From an uncultured Gemmatimonadales bacterium (GTDB taxonomy: Bacteria; Gemmatimonadota; Gemmatimonadetes; Gemmatimonadales; GWC2-71-9): a DNA stretch of 64,000 bases. The notes beneath the pieces are model-generated. The model was not told the origin of the DNA. It ran no database searches and saw nothing but the letters and a program-made list of their open reading frames with translations. The stretch's first letter is position 1; every line of letters begins with the position of its first letter. The position numbers and the translations under genes were made by a program. The stretch is taken from contig CAVZZO010000001.1 of assembly GCA_963779755.1 (NCBI GenBank), positions 736,001 to 800,000 on the forward strand. Direction: 5' to 3'. Shown in pieces: positions 36,469 through 46,644 of this stretch.

Positions 36469-39400
36469 ATGAACGCTCGGTTGTCCGCCACGTTCCCGTT
36501 TTCCGCTGCTCGTTTCCCTTACATCTACATCCTGACTCTGGTACTCGGCCTGGCGGCGTTCGCCGCTTCCCCGGCCCGGGCCCAGCATCCCGATCCCGAC
36601 CGGGCCGGCTTCGACGGCAACTTCGAAGCTCCGCCCGACGACAGCGGAGCGGACACCACCGCCATCCTCAAGCTGCGCCATCTGGGGCCGTCGGTGGCCG
36701 GTGGCCGGGTTGCCGCCGTCGCGGGTGTGCCGGGCGATCCCTTCACCTACTATGTCGGCGGCGCCGCGGGCGGCCTCTGGAAGAGCACGAACGGGGGGAA
36801 CAGCTGGAGCAACGTTTTCGCCGACCAGCCCGATGCCTCCATCGGCGCCATCGCGCTGGCGCCGTCCAATCCCAACGTCGTCTGGGTGGGTACGGGCGAG
36901 AGCAACCCGCGCAACGATATCACCAACGGGCACGGGGTCTATGTCTCGCCGGATGGGGGCCAGAGCTGGCGCTTTGCCGGCCTGAAGGAGACGGGCCAGA
37001 TCTCCCGCATCATCGTGGATCCGCAGGACCCCAACACCGCCTGGGTGGCGGCGCTGGGGAAGGTATGGGTACCCAATCCCGACCGGGGCGTCTTCAAGAC
37101 CACCGACGGGGGCCGCACCTGGAAGAAGGTCCTGTTCGTGAACGATACCGTGGGCGCCTCGGAGATGGCCATGGAGCCGGGTAACCCCAACGTGCTCTAC
37201 GCGGGGATGTGGCAGGTCCGGCGCTTTCCCTGGCTGCTGCAGGACGGCGGCACCGGGAGCGGCATCTACCGTTCGCTGGACGGCGGCGATACCTGGAAGA
37301 AGCTGACCAACGGCCTGCCGTCGGGCGTGCTGGGCCGGAGCGCCATCGCGGCCGCCCCCAGCGACCCCTCGCACCTCTACGTGCTGCTGTCGTCCAAGGA
37401 CGGGACGCTGTGGAGTTCCACCGACCGGGGCGACCACTTCACCAGGGTCACCAAGAACCGCGCCCTCAGCGTTCGCCCCTGGTATTTCTCCCGTATCGCC
37501 GTGTCACCCGACGACGAGGACCGGGTGTACTTCGCCTCCTTCAACCTCATGCAGTCGGATGACGGCGGGAAGACGGTGCACCCGATCGACCGCGAGGTGC
37601 ACGTCGACCACCACGCCCTCTGGATCGACCCGACCAACGGCAAGCGCATTCTCCAGGGCAACGACGGGGGCGCCTGGGTCACGGTAGACGGCGGCAAGAG
37701 CTGGAACGGCTTCAACAACATCCCGCTGGAGCAGTTCTACATGGTCGCGGCCGACGCGCGGACGCCCTACCGGCTCTGCGGCGGGCTGCAGGACAACAGC
37801 GGCTGGTGCGGCCCCTCCAGCGAGACGGGCCGGCGGGGCATGAGCCAGGCCCGGTGGTTCGCCGTGGTGGGCGGCGACGGCGAGTATGTCGTGCCGGCGC
37901 CCAGCGACAGCAATATCGTCTACGGGGAGTCGCAGAACGGCGACATCACCCGCATCGACCTCCGCAACGCGATGTACCACTCGATCCGGCCCTACTATCC
38001 CGGCGTCGAGGAGCGCAGCGCGGCCGATCTCAAGTACCGCTTCAACTGGACCACCCCGGTGGCCGTCTCGCGCACCGATGCCAACACCGTGTTCCTGGGC
38101 GCCAATGTGCTGTTCAAGTCTACCGACGGCGGCGAGCACTTCGAGGCCATCTCCCCCGACCTCACCCGCAATGAGAAGGACAAGCAGCAGGTGAGCGGCG
38201 GCCCCATTCAGTACGATATTTCGGGCGCCGAGACCTACAATACCATTCTGTCCATTACCCTGGCTCCCACCGATTCCAACGTCATCTGGGTCGGGTCGGA
38301 CGACGGGCTGCTGCACTACACCCGCGACGGCGGCAAGACCTGGAGCGACGCCACGCCCCATCTCAAGGGCGTGCCGGGGGAGGGCCGCTTCTACCAGGTG
38401 GGCGTCTCGCCCTTCGACCCCGGCACCGTGTACGCGGCGCTCGACCGCCACATGTTCGCCGACGATCACCCCTACGTCTTCAAGACCACCAACTGGGGGA
38501 AGAGCTGGACCCGGATCGACCAGGGGCTGGCGGACTATCCCGCCCGGGTGGTGCGAGAGGACCCGCACCTGCGCAACTTCCTGGTGCTGGGGACGGATAA
38601 CGCGCTCTACTGGTCGCGCGACGGCGGCGCCAGCTGGAACGACTTCGGCAGCGCCTTCCCCACCGCCCCCGTCTGGGACCTCAAGTTCGTCCCCAATAGC
38701 CGCGATCTGGTCGTGGCCACCCATGGGCTCGGGCTCTTCGTGCTGGACGACATCTCGCCGCTGGAGCAGCTGACACCGGAGGTGAAGTCGCAGCCGGTGG
38801 CGCTGTTCACCGTGCCCACCGCCACCCGCTGGTACACCGGGTCGTTCGATTATCCCGACCCCTCGCGCCTCAGTATCGAAGGGGCGCCCACCGGCGCGGT
38901 GGTGAGCTACTGGCTGCGCGATTCCATCGGCGGCAAGCCCGACAGCGCGGCCTCCGACAGCGGTGGCGCGGAGGCCGGAGGCCGAGGCCCGCGCGGCGGC
39001 CGGGGCGGCGCGGGCGGCGCGGGCGCGAAACCGGTGACCATCACCATTCTGGATGCCGGCGGCGATACCGTCTACAGCCAGGACGGCAAGGCGGAGAAGG
39101 GGATCAACCGCTGGAACTGGAACCTGCGCACCCGGGGCGCCACCCCGCTCAAATTGGGCGAGGAGAGCGGGCGCGGCTTCTTCGGCGGCCGGGGCGGCGC
39201 CAGCGGGCCTGCCGTGCTGCCCGGTACCTACACCGTGGTGCTGACGGTGCAGGGAAAGAGCTACCGCGAGCCGGTCGAGGTCCGGCCCGATCCGCGCCTC
39301 CCCTGGGACAGCGCGGCAGCCCGGGCGCAGCACCAGGCGGGGATGCAGATGCAGCGGGAGGTCTCGGCGCTCAACGAAATGCTCAACGGCATCCACCGCA

Positions 39401-39819
39401 TCCGCACCCAGATCGGGAACATCCGGCAGACCCTGAAGCCGGAGGAAGAAGATCAGACCGCCCCGGCCGACACCGCGGTGGTCAACGCCGCGGGCAAGCT
39501 GGATCGCAAGTTCCGGGTGCTGTTCGATTCGATGTACAACACCGACGTGCAGCGCGGCGTGATCCAGGACGATATCCACTACCTTACCGCGTTCGCCGAC
39601 AAGCTCCGCGGCCTGAGCTACGCGGTGCAGGGCGGCTACGACCAGGCGCCCCGCCAGCCGGTGCTGGAGGAGCTGCCCGGCATGCGGAAGCAGCTGCAGG
39701 CCTTCCTGGATCAGTACAACGGGCTGCTGGAGCAGGACCTGGCGCAGTTCAACCAGCTGGCCACCGAACACAACGCGCCGGTTATCGTGGCCGGGAAGAA
39801 AGTGACGATCGGGTCGTAG
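36469..39819 (+). CDS. Large secreted VPS10/sortilin-like BNR-repeat (glycosyl-hydrolase-like) protein
   Basis: GPSVAGGRV; many SxDGGxTW Asp-boxes; GGLQDN; ISPDLTRN. Confidence 0.88.
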   Translation: MNARLSATFPFSAARFPYIYILTLVLGLAAFAASPARAQHPDPDRAGFDGNFEAPPDDSGADTTAILKLRHLGPSVAGGRVAAVAGVPGDPFTYYVGGAAGGLWKSTNGGNSWSNVFADQPDASIGAIALAPSNPNVVWVGTGESNPRNDITNGHGVYVSPDGGQSWRFAGLKETGQISRIIVDPQDPNTAWVAALGKVWVPNPDRGVFKTTDGGRTWKKVLFVNDTVGASEMAMEPGNPNVLYAGMWQVRRFPWLLQDGGTGSGIYRSLDGGDTWKKLTNGLPSGVLGRSAIAAAPSDPSHLYVLLSSKDGTLWSSTDRGDHFTRVTKNRALSVRPWYFSRIAVSPDDEDRVYFASFNLMQSDDGGKTVHPIDREVHVDHHALWIDPTNGKRILQGNDGGAWVTVDGGKSWNGFNNIPLEQFYMVAADARTPYRLCGGLQDNSGWCGPSSETGRRGMSQARWFAVVGGDGEYVVPAPSDSNIVYGESQNGDITRIDLRNAMYHSIRPYYPGVEERSAADLKYRFNWTTPVAVSRTDANTVFLGANVLFKSTDGGEHFEAISPDLTRNEKDKQQVSGGPIQYDISGAETYNTILSITLAPTDSNVIWVGSDDGLLHYTRDGGKTWSDATPHLKGVPGEGRFYQVGVSPFDPGTVYAALDRHMFADDHPYVFKTTNWGKSWTRIDQGLADYPARVVREDPHLRNFLVLGTDNALYWSRDGGASWNDFGSAFPTAPVWDLKFVPNSRDLVVATHGLGLFVLDDISPLEQLTPEVKSQPVALFTVPTATRWYTGSFDYPDPSRLSIEGAPTGAVVSYWLRDSIGGKPDSAASDSGGAEAGGRGPRGGRGGAGGAGAKPVTITILDAGGDTVYSQDGKAEKGINRWNWNLRTRGATPLKLGEESGRGFFGGRGGASGPAVLPGTYTVVLTVQGKSYREPVEVRPDPRLPWDSAAARAQHQAGMQMQREVSALNEMLNGIHRIRTQIGNIRQTLKPEEEDQTAPADTAVVNAAGKLDRKFRVLFDSMYNTDVQRGVIQDDIHYLTAFADKLRGLSYAVQGGYDQAPRQPVLEELPGMRKQLQAFLDQYNGLLEQDLAQFNQLATEHNAPVIVAGKKVTIGS

Positions 39820-39841
39820 TCTTCGACCGGTACTTCCACCC

Positions 39842-39882
39842 CTCGACCCCCTCGACCTGCCGGACCGGTCGAGGGGGTCGAG
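39842..39882. repeat. REP-like palindrome (cctcgaccc family) between convergent genes
   Basis: Perfect 16-bp inverted repeat CTCGACCCCCTCGACC / GGTCGAGGGGGTCGAG. Confidence 0.8.
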
Positions 39883-39887
39883 AGTGT

Positions 39888-42140
39888 CTAGGGCGTCGAG
39901 ACGGCGCGGAGGGAGGAGCGGTATCGCTCGAGCAGCCGGCGGGAGATCGCCAGCGCGTCGCCCACAGGCTCGGTGGCGTAGGAGCCGGTGGCGTGCGACC
40001 AGGCCTGCTCCCACTGGCAGCTCCAGGCGGCGAAGGGCGTCCGGTCGAACGGCGTGCCGCGGTCGAGGGCGCGATTCAGCCGCCGGAAGAACTCCCGCCA
40101 CCGCGGCCGGTAGTAGTCCGAGAACATCCCCTGCCACTGTTTGTAGGCGTAGAGGTTGAGGTCGTCGTTTTCCCCTTCGGTGCACTTCTCGCCCCAGAGC
40201 GTGATGATGTTCCGCGCGTTCCATTGATACAGCCGGCCCTCGGAGGGGCTGGTTGCCCAATGCTGCGCGTCCGCCAGCCAGCGGCCCAGCAGAAACTCCT
40301 TCCGCGTGCCCACCAGCGTGTCGAGATCGGTGATGAGGCCGAGTATCCGCCCCTCGGCGGCCAGCAGGGCGGGGCGGTCTCCGCGTCGGTAGGCTCCCTG
40401 CACGGAGTCCACCAGGGGCAGGCCCAGCTGTCCCAGGACCTGCCGGGTGAGGTTCACGACATCATAGCGGTAGGCGTCGTTTGCTCCGAGATGGGGCGAG
40501 GCCGCGAGCAGACTGTCCAGCGCGGCCACCAGCAGCCGGGGATCGTAGGGCGGCACCGGCTGGGTCCGGTACGCGGCCCCGGAATCGTAGAACTGCGGGC
40601 GTTCGGCCAGGAAGGTCCCGGTCTGCGGGGCGGACCGGTAAGCGGTGGCGAGCAGGATCTGCCAAGCGTGCCAGGCCTGCGGGTCGGCCGCTCCGTAGCG
40701 GCGGCGGACCCAACCGCAGGCCCAGGGCACGAGCGCGGGCACGCTGTCGCGCCAGACCTGATCCAGCACCAAGTCGGGGACGATGGGGTTGTAGCCGAGG
40801 CCTTCCATGGTCATGCCGAGGCCGTCGAGGCGGCCGTGCTCCGGGCTCCGCAGCGCGGTGTCGAGGTTGGCCGCGATGCGGGGCAAGTCGCCGTTGACCG
40901 TGACCTGGCCGCCGAAATTGTAGAGCACGTTCCAGATCCAGGGCTTCCCGTAGAAGGCTTCGCGGCGTTTCCACACCGGATTGCGATCGCCATACAGGTC
41001 GAGCACGATCATTCGCCCGTCGGGCACGGCGCCCAGCAGCGCGCGGGCCTGGGGCTCACGCCAGAACTTCGCCTGGTAGTAGAGGAACCACCCCTGGAGA
41101 ATCCACACGGCGGCGGAATCGGCGCCCTGCATGGCCCCGTAGATGGCCCGGCCCATCCCGGCCAGGAAGGTGGAGTCGTCGGTGGGAGGGTTGATCTCGT
41201 TGAAGGGGTCGGCGGCGTAGTGGTGGTCGGTGCCGAACAGTTCCGCCTGCCGCCGGATGAAATCGCGGCCGAACCGCTGAAACAGGGAATCCGTCGGGTC
41301 GAGGAACCAGGTCCCGGAGAAGCCGGCCGACCAGTCGCCGGTCTGGTGGATCTTCGCTCCGGGGATCACCTGCGTGATGGCCCGGGGGACATGGCCGGTG
41401 AACCCCTGCAGCACCGGCGTCATGCCCAGCGCGCGCTCGCGCGCCAGGATCTTCCGCTCCAGCGCCACATGGCTGTCGATCCAGCTCTGTGGCAGCGGCC
41501 CGCCCAGGCCGTCGATGTTGCCCATCCAGCCCCAGGGGAAATAGGCTGGCCCCACCAGGAACCCGGCGATCTGCCTGCGGCTGAAGCCGAAATCTTCCAG
41601 GACCTTCTGCCAGACCGCTTCCTGGCCGGTGACGGCGAGCGGCAGGTTGATCCCTTTCATCGCCATCCAGTCGATCATCCGCTGCCAGTCGGGCCAGTCC
41701 CACCATGCCATGCTGTAGCTGAAGGTGCAGTAGTTGAAGAAGTAGCGGTACTGATACGGGGTGCCGCGGTGCACCGGCGCGGGGACCCGCGGCAGAGGGC
41801 GGGGCAGGGTCATCGGCCGCAGCGGAGTGTCCAGGTTCCCCCCCGCCACTTCCTCGAGATACCAGTTGAGCGCCGACGCGATGGCGACGCCGTTGGTGCC
41901 GCGCAGGATAACCGTGTCGCCCCGGCTGGCTACCTCGAACGCATCGTGCCCACCCTCCTGCGGGATCCGCTCGAGGTGGAACTCGCCTGCCCGGCCGGGC
42001 ACCACGCGCGCGACCAGCTCGCGGGCAGCGACCAGGGAGGAATCAGGATTGAAGGAATGGAGGGTGGAGGGGGCCGAGTTCCCTGGGGCCGCGGCGACGC
42101 CCAGCAGCAGGAGACCCAGGCGGGGGAAAAGAAGCATCAA
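39888..42140 (-). CDS. Alpha-N-acetylglucosaminidase, GH89 (NAGLU family)
   Basis: YRYFFNYCTFSYS, IDWMAMKGIN, WMGN, DPFNE and MEG motifs. Confidence 0.95.
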   Translation of the reverse strand: MMLLFPRLGLLLLGVAAAPGNSAPSTLHSFNPDSSLVAARELVARVVPGRAGEFHLERIPQEGGHDAFEVASRGDTVILRGTNGVAIASALNWYLEEVAGGNLDTPLRPMTLPRPLPRVPAPVHRGTPYQYRYFFNYCTFSYSMAWWDWPDWQRMIDWMAMKGINLPLAVTGQEAVWQKVLEDFGFSRRQIAGFLVGPAYFPWGWMGNIDGLGGPLPQSWIDSHVALERKILARERALGMTPVLQGFTGHVPRAITQVIPGAKIHQTGDWSAGFSGTWFLDPTDSLFQRFGRDFIRRQAELFGTDHHYAADPFNEINPPTDDSTFLAGMGRAIYGAMQGADSAAVWILQGWFLYYQAKFWREPQARALLGAVPDGRMIVLDLYGDRNPVWKRREAFYGKPWIWNVLYNFGGQVTVNGDLPRIAANLDTALRSPEHGRLDGLGMTMEGLGYNPIVPDLVLDQVWRDSVPALVPWACGWVRRRYGAADPQAWHAWQILLATAYRSAPQTGTFLAERPQFYDSGAAYRTQPVPPYDPRLLVAALDSLLAASPHLGANDAYRYDVVNLTRQVLGQLGLPLVDSVQGAYRRGDRPALLAAEGRILGLITDLDTLVGTRKEFLLGRWLADAQHWATSPSEGRLYQWNARNIITLWGEKCTEGENDDLNLYAYKQWQGMFSDYYRPRWREFFRRLNRALDRGTPFDRTPFAAWSCQWEQAWSHATGSYATEPVGDALAISRRLLERYRSSLRAVSTP

Positions 42141-42201
42141 CCGGATTCCGTGAGGAGACCCCTGAATCTATCCGGCCGGCCGGGCAGGGTCATGGCTTTC
42201 C

Positions 42202-43644
42202 TCAGAGGCGCGAAGCCTGCTCCCTCAGGATATCGAGCCCCAGGTCAACCGTCTTCCGATGGGTGCGAAAGGACAGGATGGCCATCCGCAGGGTGTAGCG
42301 GCCGTCAATCATGGTCGAGGAGAGAAACACCCGGCCATCGCGGCGGATGCCCTCCACCAGCCGGCGGTTGAGGTCGTTCGCCTGGTCGAGCGGCATCCCG
42401 CGCGGGGCGAGCCGGAACGGCACGATCGAGAGATCCGGCTCGGACGCCTCGAAACCGAGGGCTCGTACCCGGTCGTAGAAGTACCGCGCCAACAGCAGCT
42501 TCTCTTCCAGAGCCGCCCGAAACGGCTCTGTACCCAGCAGGATCAGCGGCAACCACATCCGCAATGCGCGGAAGTGCTTCGACAACTCTGGCGACAGCTC
42601 TGCCGCGGCCAGCGCCTCCGCCTCGGCGGGCGCATCCTGGAGGTAGGCGGCCGCCGCGCCGCCGGTCGTGCCGGCGTGTCGCACCAGGACCATTCCGGCG
42701 CCGTAGGGGAGAAAGAGTCCCTTGTGCGGGTCCAGGACGACTGAGTCCGAGCGCTCGATCCCGCGGAGCCGCTTCCGGCCCGAGGCGGTCAGCAGAAAAA
42801 ACCCACCGTAGGCCGCGTCCACATGAAACCAGCAGCCGGCCTGGCGAGCGACTTCACCAAGGGCGTCCAGGGGGTCCACCGCACCGGTGTCGGTTGTTCC
42901 CGCGGCGGCCGCCACCAGCCAGGGCCGCAGCCCCGCGGCACGGTCCTGGTCAATCGCCCGGGACAGCGCCTCCGGCTGCATGCGGAACCGCTCGTCCATG
43001 GGGATGTAACGGAGCGGGGCCTCCGCCAGCCCGGCAAAGCGCAGGGCCTTCATGAGGCAGTGATGCGCCTGGGCGGTGAGATATACGGCGGCACGGGAAT
43101 AGCCGGCCGCCTTGAGGCCGTGCGCGTCTCGCGCCGCCACAACGGCCGCCAGGGTTGCGAGGCTGCCGCCGGAGGCGATATGCCCCCCGGCCGGCGCCGG
43201 ATACCCGGCGAGATCCGCCACCCAGCGGACCAGCATCTGTTCCATCCGGACCGGCCCCGGTCCGGTGAAGAAGAGGCCCGCGTACTTGTTGCTTACCGCC
43301 GCGAGGTAATCCCCTAGCGCCGAATGATACAGGCCGCCGCCCGGGATGTAGGCCACGTGGCCCGCCACGGCGGGCTGGCCACCCGGCTCGATCACCTCCC
43401 GCTCCAGCAGCCCGATTGCCTCTTCGATCGGCAGGCCGCGGTCCCTGATGGGCTGCCGCGCAACTCCCGGCCCCTCACCGGTATCACGGAAGGCTTTCCT
43501 GCCAGCCAGCCCGCGCAGAAACCGCTCGGAGGATGCGATGACCGCCTCGCGCAGACGCCGGCGCCGGGTGGTGCCCGGTTCCAGGGGACGGGATGCCCGC
43601 TCCAGCCGGCCCAGCTCGGCGACGAGCCGTTCGTCCTCCGTCAT
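42202..43644 (-). CDS. Group II PLP-dependent decarboxylase
   Basis: SGGS, AGTTDTGAVD, HVDAAYGG and DPHK (PLP Lys) motifs. Confidence 0.92.
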   Translation of the reverse strand: MTEDERLVAELGRLERASRPLEPGTTRRRRLREAVIASSERFLRGLAGRKAFRDTGEGPGVARQPIRDRGLPIEEAIGLLEREVIEPGGQPAVAGHVAYIPGGGLYHSALGDYLAAVSNKYAGLFFTGPGPVRMEQMLVRWVADLAGYPAPAGGHIASGGSLATLAAVVAARDAHGLKAAGYSRAAVYLTAQAHHCLMKALRFAGLAEAPLRYIPMDERFRMQPEALSRAIDQDRAAGLRPWLVAAAAGTTDTGAVDPLDALGEVARQAGCWFHVDAAYGGFFLLTASGRKRLRGIERSDSVVLDPHKGLFLPYGAGMVLVRHAGTTGGAAAAYLQDAPAEAEALAAAELSPELSKHFRALRMWLPLILLGTEPFRAALEEKLLLARYFYDRVRALGFEASEPDLSIVPFRLAPRGMPLDQANDLNRRLVEGIRRDGRVFLSSTMIDGRYTLRMAILSFRTHRKTVDLGLDILREQASRL

Positions 43645-44105
43645 GACCGGGGCGGCGCCGGCTGGTATGTGCCCGGTTCCAGCCGCGCGGCGATGGACAA
43701 CCGGTTCCAGGCGTTGATGGCGGCTACTGCCAGGGAAAGATCCGCCAGCTCCTGCGCCGTCAGGTGCCGGCTCGCTTCCCCAAACACGTCATCCGGCACG
43801 TGGTCCGGCTGCAGCAGGGTCGCCGCCTCGGTCCAGGCCAGGGCCGCGCGTTCCCGTCCGGTGTAGTAAGGCGATTCCCGCCACGCATCGAGGCCGTAGA
43901 GCCGCTGCTCCGTCTCTCCCAGGGCGCGCAGATCTTTCCAGTGCATGTCAATGCAATAGGCGCAGCCATTCACCTGCGAGGCGCGGAGCCGGATCAGGTG
44001 GAGCAGCTTCTCCTCCAGGCTGCAGCCGGCAAGGTACCGGTCCAGGGCATCCATGGCGTCGTACACGCCAGGCGCGACAGCGGCGTAGTTGATGCGGGGC
44101 TTCAT
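43641..44105 (-). CDS. AhpD/carboxymuconolactone decarboxylase family protein
   Basis: RASQVNGCAYCIDMH and INAWNRL motifs. Confidence 0.92.
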   Translation of the reverse strand: MKPRINYAAVAPGVYDAMDALDRYLAGCSLEEKLLHLIRLRASQVNGCAYCIDMHWKDLRALGETEQRLYGLDAWRESPYYTGRERAALAWTEAATLLQPDHVPDDVFGEASRHLTAQELADLSLAVAAINAWNRLSIAARLEPGTYQPAPPRS

Positions 44106-44614
44106 GGGCTCAGGCTCCGGGCAGAGTGGGCAGAGGGGGCAGTGGCACCGTCCAGCGGCACCGCGCCGGTGGCGAGCACTACGGCCAGGCGCAGGAGCAG
44201 TGGTGGAGTGTTCGTCTCCGGCTCCGCCTGGGCCAGGAGTACCGCCGCGGCGGACGCGGAGAAGACCGAGTAATCCAGGGGCGACTTGATGCCGAACGAA
44301 ACCGCCATGGCGGTGCCGAAGAGCAGCAGCAGTCCGGCGCTGGCCCACGCCGTCCAGCGCGGCATGAGGTTCAGGACCAGCGCGATGCCCAGTACCAGCT
44401 CCGCCGCCGTGGCACTCCAGGCGAGGAACGGAATGGCGGCCGGCGGCATGAACGAGTTCACCTGCGCCGTGTACTGCACAAAATGCGCAAAGTCGCCGTA
44501 GCCGACGTCCTTGCCCCAGAGGCCGAAGCGGCTGGCGATTCCGGAGAGAAACGCCGCGCCCAGTGCGAGGCGCGCGTACGCCGGCACCCAGCGGTAACGG
44601 TTTCCCGTCTTCAC
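44102..44614 (-). CDS. DoxX family membrane protein
   Basis: RLALGAAFL, ATAAELVLG and GIKSPLDYSVF; GTGA-coupled start. Confidence 0.85.
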   Translation of the reverse strand: MKTGNRYRWVPAYARLALGAAFLSGIASRFGLWGKDVGYGDFAHFVQYTAQVNSFMPPAAIPFLAWSATAAELVLGIALVLNLMPRWTAWASAGLLLLFGTAMAVSFGIKSPLDYSVFSASAAAVLLAQAEPETNTPPLLLRLAVVLATGAVPLDGATAPSAHSARSLSP

Positions 44615-45045
44615 TTCCCGGTCCTCGTGCCCAGCGCGGAATCGTTGCGGATGCTGAGCTCTCCTCCGCGGTCGCAGGTGAAGCTCGCCAGGAAACGTAC
44701 CGGTTCGGTCCGGCTGGCGTTGGCGGAGATCAGGTGAGCCCGCATGGGGGCTTCGTAGAAACTCTCTCCCGCATGCACCACCCGTTCGGCCCCGCCCTCC
44801 AGCTGGAGTCGCAGCGCACCCTGCGTCACGTAGCCCACGACGGGGCAGGGGTGGCGATGCGGCAGCGAGGAATCCCCGGGGGCATAGGTGACGTCGAGCA
44901 GGACGGTACGCAGGCTGTCTCCCTCCAGGTGGGGCAGCGGTCCCTGGAACACGGTCCGGTCTCCGGTCCCGGAGGCCGCAGGCGAACATGCCCCCCCCAG
45001 CAGCGTGAGCAGGATGAGCATGATTTGTCCCCGGTATGGTGTCAT
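44611..45045 (-). CDS. Cupin-domain lipoprotein
   Basis: Lipobox-like GGAC; PHRHP...G...GESFYE..H cupin motifs. Confidence 0.85.
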   Translation of the reverse strand: MTPYRGQIMLILLTLLGGACSPAASGTGDRTVFQGPLPHLEGDSLRTVLLDVTYAPGDSSLPHRHPCPVVGYVTQGALRLQLEGGAERVVHAGESFYEAPMRAHLISANASRTEPVRFLASFTCDRGGELSIRNDSALGTRTGK

Positions 45046-45133
45046 GGCTTCTGTTCTCCCGGCGCCCAACCTATGATCAAGTGGTATCGTCAAGAAGTGC
45101 CAAATATGACATTTTGACTGGTCCGGTATTCCA

Positions 45134-46621
45134 ATGCCCAGGCGGGCTCAGGCGTTTTCGCTCATGTTGCCACCGCGTGCTGGCGGAGAAGGCGCTATCA
45201 GCTGGCTTTACAACAGCTTACGAGCTTCGATCCTGGAGGGTCGGCTGCCCCCCGGCGCCCGGTTGCCGGCCACCCGGGACCTCGCCCGGCACTATGGGGT
45301 GGCTCGGGGCACCGTGGTGACAGCATTCGAGCAGTTGGGGGCGGAGGGCTATCTGGAAGGCCGGGCCGGGTCGGGCACCTATGTGGCTCCGGTGCTGCCG
45401 GACGAGCTGCTCCACGCCGGTCGCACGACTCCGGCGACACGGGCGGGGAAGGAGGCGAGGGTGACGCTATCCGGCTACGGCGTACGGACCAGGCCGTTTC
45501 CCCCGTTCGCCGCCGCGCCGGCCCGAGCCTTTCGCACCGACCGGCCGGCGCTGGACCTGTTCCCGGTCGAGCTCTGGGCCAAAGTGGCAGCGCGGCGCAT
45601 GCGGCGGCTGACGCCGGCGCAGCTGCTGGGTTCGCCCGCAGCGGGCTATGAGCCGTTGCGCCGGGCCATTGCCGGCTATCTCGCCACCTCGCGCGGAGTG
45701 CGTTGCCAGCCGGAGCAGGTGGTGATCGTCTCCGGCGTGCAGGAGGCGCTCGATCTGGTGGCGCGGGTCTTCCTCGAGCCGGGGGCTCGCGTCGCGATGG
45801 AGGATCCGGGCTATATCGGCGCGCGTCTGGTTTTCGAGGCCGCGGGCGCGTCCCTCAGGCCGGTGCCGGTGGATGACGAAGGATTACGATTGGAGGAGGA
45901 CGCGCTGGCCGGCGCGAGTGTCGTCTATGTGACGCCGGCGCATCAGTTCCCCACCGGGGCCGGCATGAGTCTCGCCCGGCGCCTGGGGCTGCTGGAGTGG
46001 GCGCAGCGCCACGGCGCGCTGATCTTCGAGGACGATTACGACAGCGAATACCGCTACGCCGGCCGGCCCATGCCGGCCCTCCAGGGCCTGGACCAGTGCG
46101 ACCGGGTACTTTTCGCGGGGAGCTTCAGCAAGGTGCTCTTCCCGTCGCTCCGGCTGGGGTACGTGGTGCTGCCGCCGGCGCTGGTGGATCCGGTGACGGC
46201 AGTGCTCTCGATCACCAGCCGTCACGGGCCCCTGCTGGACCAACTGGTCCTCACCGATTTTATCGCCGATGGGCACTTCGGCCGGCATATCCGGCGCATG
46301 CGGGAGATCTACGCCGAGCGGCTGAGCGTCCTGCTGGAGGAGGTGCACTGCCGGCTGGCGGGACGGCTGGAAATCCGCGGTGTCGAGGCGGGCCTGCAGA
46401 CGGCGGCCTGGCTGGCCCGGGGCCTGAGCGGCGATACTGTCACGGCGGCAGCGGCGCGGCGCGGAGTGGATCTCACCCCGCTCTCGCGCTACAGTGTCGG
46501 CCCGCTGCGCCCGGATGGTCTGCACCTGGGCTTCGCGGCGGTGGCTCCGCCGGAGATTCGCCGGGGGGTGCAGGTGCTGGGCGAGGTGCTCGATGGGATG
46601 GGAGAACAAGCGGGACGATGA
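45134..46621 (+). CDS. MocR/GabR-family (GntR wHTH plus aminotransferase-like) transcriptional regulator
   Basis: RLPATRDLA, GSGTYV, TPAHQFPTG, EDDYDSE and SFSKVLFPSLRLG motifs. Confidence 0.95.
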   Translation: MPRRAQAFSLMLPPRAGGEGAISWLYNSLRASILEGRLPPGARLPATRDLARHYGVARGTVVTAFEQLGAEGYLEGRAGSGTYVAPVLPDELLHAGRTTPATRAGKEARVTLSGYGVRTRPFPPFAAAPARAFRTDRPALDLFPVELWAKVAARRMRRLTPAQLLGSPAAGYEPLRRAIAGYLATSRGVRCQPEQVVIVSGVQEALDLVARVFLEPGARVAMEDPGYIGARLVFEAAGASLRPVPVDDEGLRLEEDALAGASVVYVTPAHQFPTGAGMSLARRLGLLEWAQRHGALIFEDDYDSEYRYAGRPMPALQGLDQCDRVLFAGSFSKVLFPSLRLGYVVLPPALVDPVTAVLSITSRHGPLLDQLVLTDFIADGHFGRHIRRMREIYAERLSVLLEEVHCRLAGRLEIRGVEAGLQTAAWLARGLSGDTVTAAAARRGVDLTPLSRYSVGPLRPDGLHLGFAAVAPPEIRRGVQVLGEVLDGMGEQAGR

Positions 46622-46644
46622 GGACGGTCGCTGGTCGTCCCTTC

